64,000 nucleotides of DNA from NCBI GenBank assembly GCA_963514005.1, contig OY740795.1, positions 62,001-126,000 of the forward strand, in the 5' to 3' direction. A program made the translations under genes and the position numbers. Below, one piece after another: positions 62,866-64,000 of this stretch; position 1 is the first letter of the stretch; every line of letters starts with the position of its first letter. The notes under the pieces are model-generated. The model had not been told where the DNA came from. It saw nothing but the letters and a program-made list of their open reading frames with translations, and made no database searches. Origin of the DNA: Raja brachyura (Eukaryota).

Positions 62866-64000
62866 TAGAAAACATAGAAAATAGGTGCAGGAGGAGGCCA
62901 TTAAGCTCTTCAAGCCAGTTCCATGATTCATTGTGATCATGCCTGATCATCCACAATCTGCCATCCGTGCCTGCCTTCTCTCCATATCCCTTGATCCCGC
63001 TAGCCCTCACAACTATATCTAACGGTTATATTCATCCAGTGAATTGGCCGCTGCTGCGTTCTGTGGCAGAGAATTCCACAAATTCACAACTCTCTCGGTG
63101 AAAATGTTGTTTCTCATCTAATTTCTCATCTCAGCCATGATCACATTGAATGGCGGTGCAGCTCGAAGGGCCGAATGGCCTAATCCTGCACCTATTTTTC
63201 CATGTTTCTATCTTTCTATTTGTAAATGGCCTCCCTATATTTTTAGACTCAGGCCCATGGTTCTGGACTCCCGCAACATTGGGAGCATGTTTCCTGCATC
63301 TGGCTTGTCCAGTCGTTTCATAATGTTATATGTTTCTATAAGATCCCTCTCGTCCTTCTAAATTCCACTGAATACAAGCCCAATCTTTCCAATCTTCCCT
63401 ACACTGCCGCCATCCCGGGGATTAACCTCGTGAACCTACGCTGCACTGCCTCAATAGCAATGATCTCCTTCCTCAAATTAGGAGACCAAAACTGCGCACA
63501 ATTCTCTGGATGTGGTCTCACCAGGGCCCTGTAGAACTTTACTCCTATACTCTCATTATGAAAGCCGACATGCCATTAGCTATATTCTCCGGCTGCTGAA
63601 CCTGCATGTTTACTTTCAGTGACTGGTGTACAAGGCCACCCAGGTCTCGTTGCACTTCCCTTTCTTCCTAATCTGATACCATTGCGATTATAATCTGCCT
63701 CATTGTTCTTGGCGCCAAAGTGGAGAACCTCACATTTATCTACATTATTCTGCATATGACATGCACCTGCCCACTCACTGAACCTGTCCGAGCCACACTG
63801 CAACCTCCTCGCATCCTCTTCGCAGTTCACTCTGCCGCCCAGTTTTGCGCCATCTGCAAATTTGCTCGTGTTACTTTTCATTCCATCGTCTAAATCATTA
63901 ATATATATTATTAAAAATCGCGGCTCTGGCACCGAGCCTTGCGGCACTCCTCTGACCACTGCCTGCCATTCAGACAGGGGCATGTTTATTCCTGCTCTTT
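62866..64000 (-). mobile_element. CR1 LINE fragment(s) in the V intron, running off the window
   Basis: ORF 63576-63983 contains GVPQGS...FADG, with a (tagaaaaca) tail at 62866. Confidence 0.85.

Overview
Eukaryotic vertebrate DNA, most consistent with a cartilaginous fish; the species is not determinable from this window. It is part of the variable-gene region of a T-cell receptor alpha/delta locus. It holds two apparently intact TCR V segments (leader + V exon + 23-RSS at 4933-5428 and 35503-36471), four V pseudogenes and one orphan leader exon whose V exon lies beyond the window. On the minus strand there is a NAR-TCR-type cassette: leader, IgNAR-like V, J with 12-RSS, and a leaderless 'supporting' V-delta carrying a CDR1 cysteine. 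This cassette has stop codons and no recognisable D segment. Among the V genes sit an intact two-exon class A GPCR of GPR139/GPR142-like type (322 aa), a decayed paralogue, and a tRNA-Leu-derived gene with an AAA anticodon. About 27.3-58.8 kb is a head-to-tail tandem duplication of a unit carrying a divergently oriented V pair, and each copy has its own later insertions. The rest is mostly CR1 LINEs, tRNA-derived SINEs, Penelope-like elements with hammerhead-like cores, a Rex1/Babar fragment, a divergent CR1/L2-group LINE, a Tc1 transposon, microsatellites and two N gaps. Repeat boundaries are approximate.
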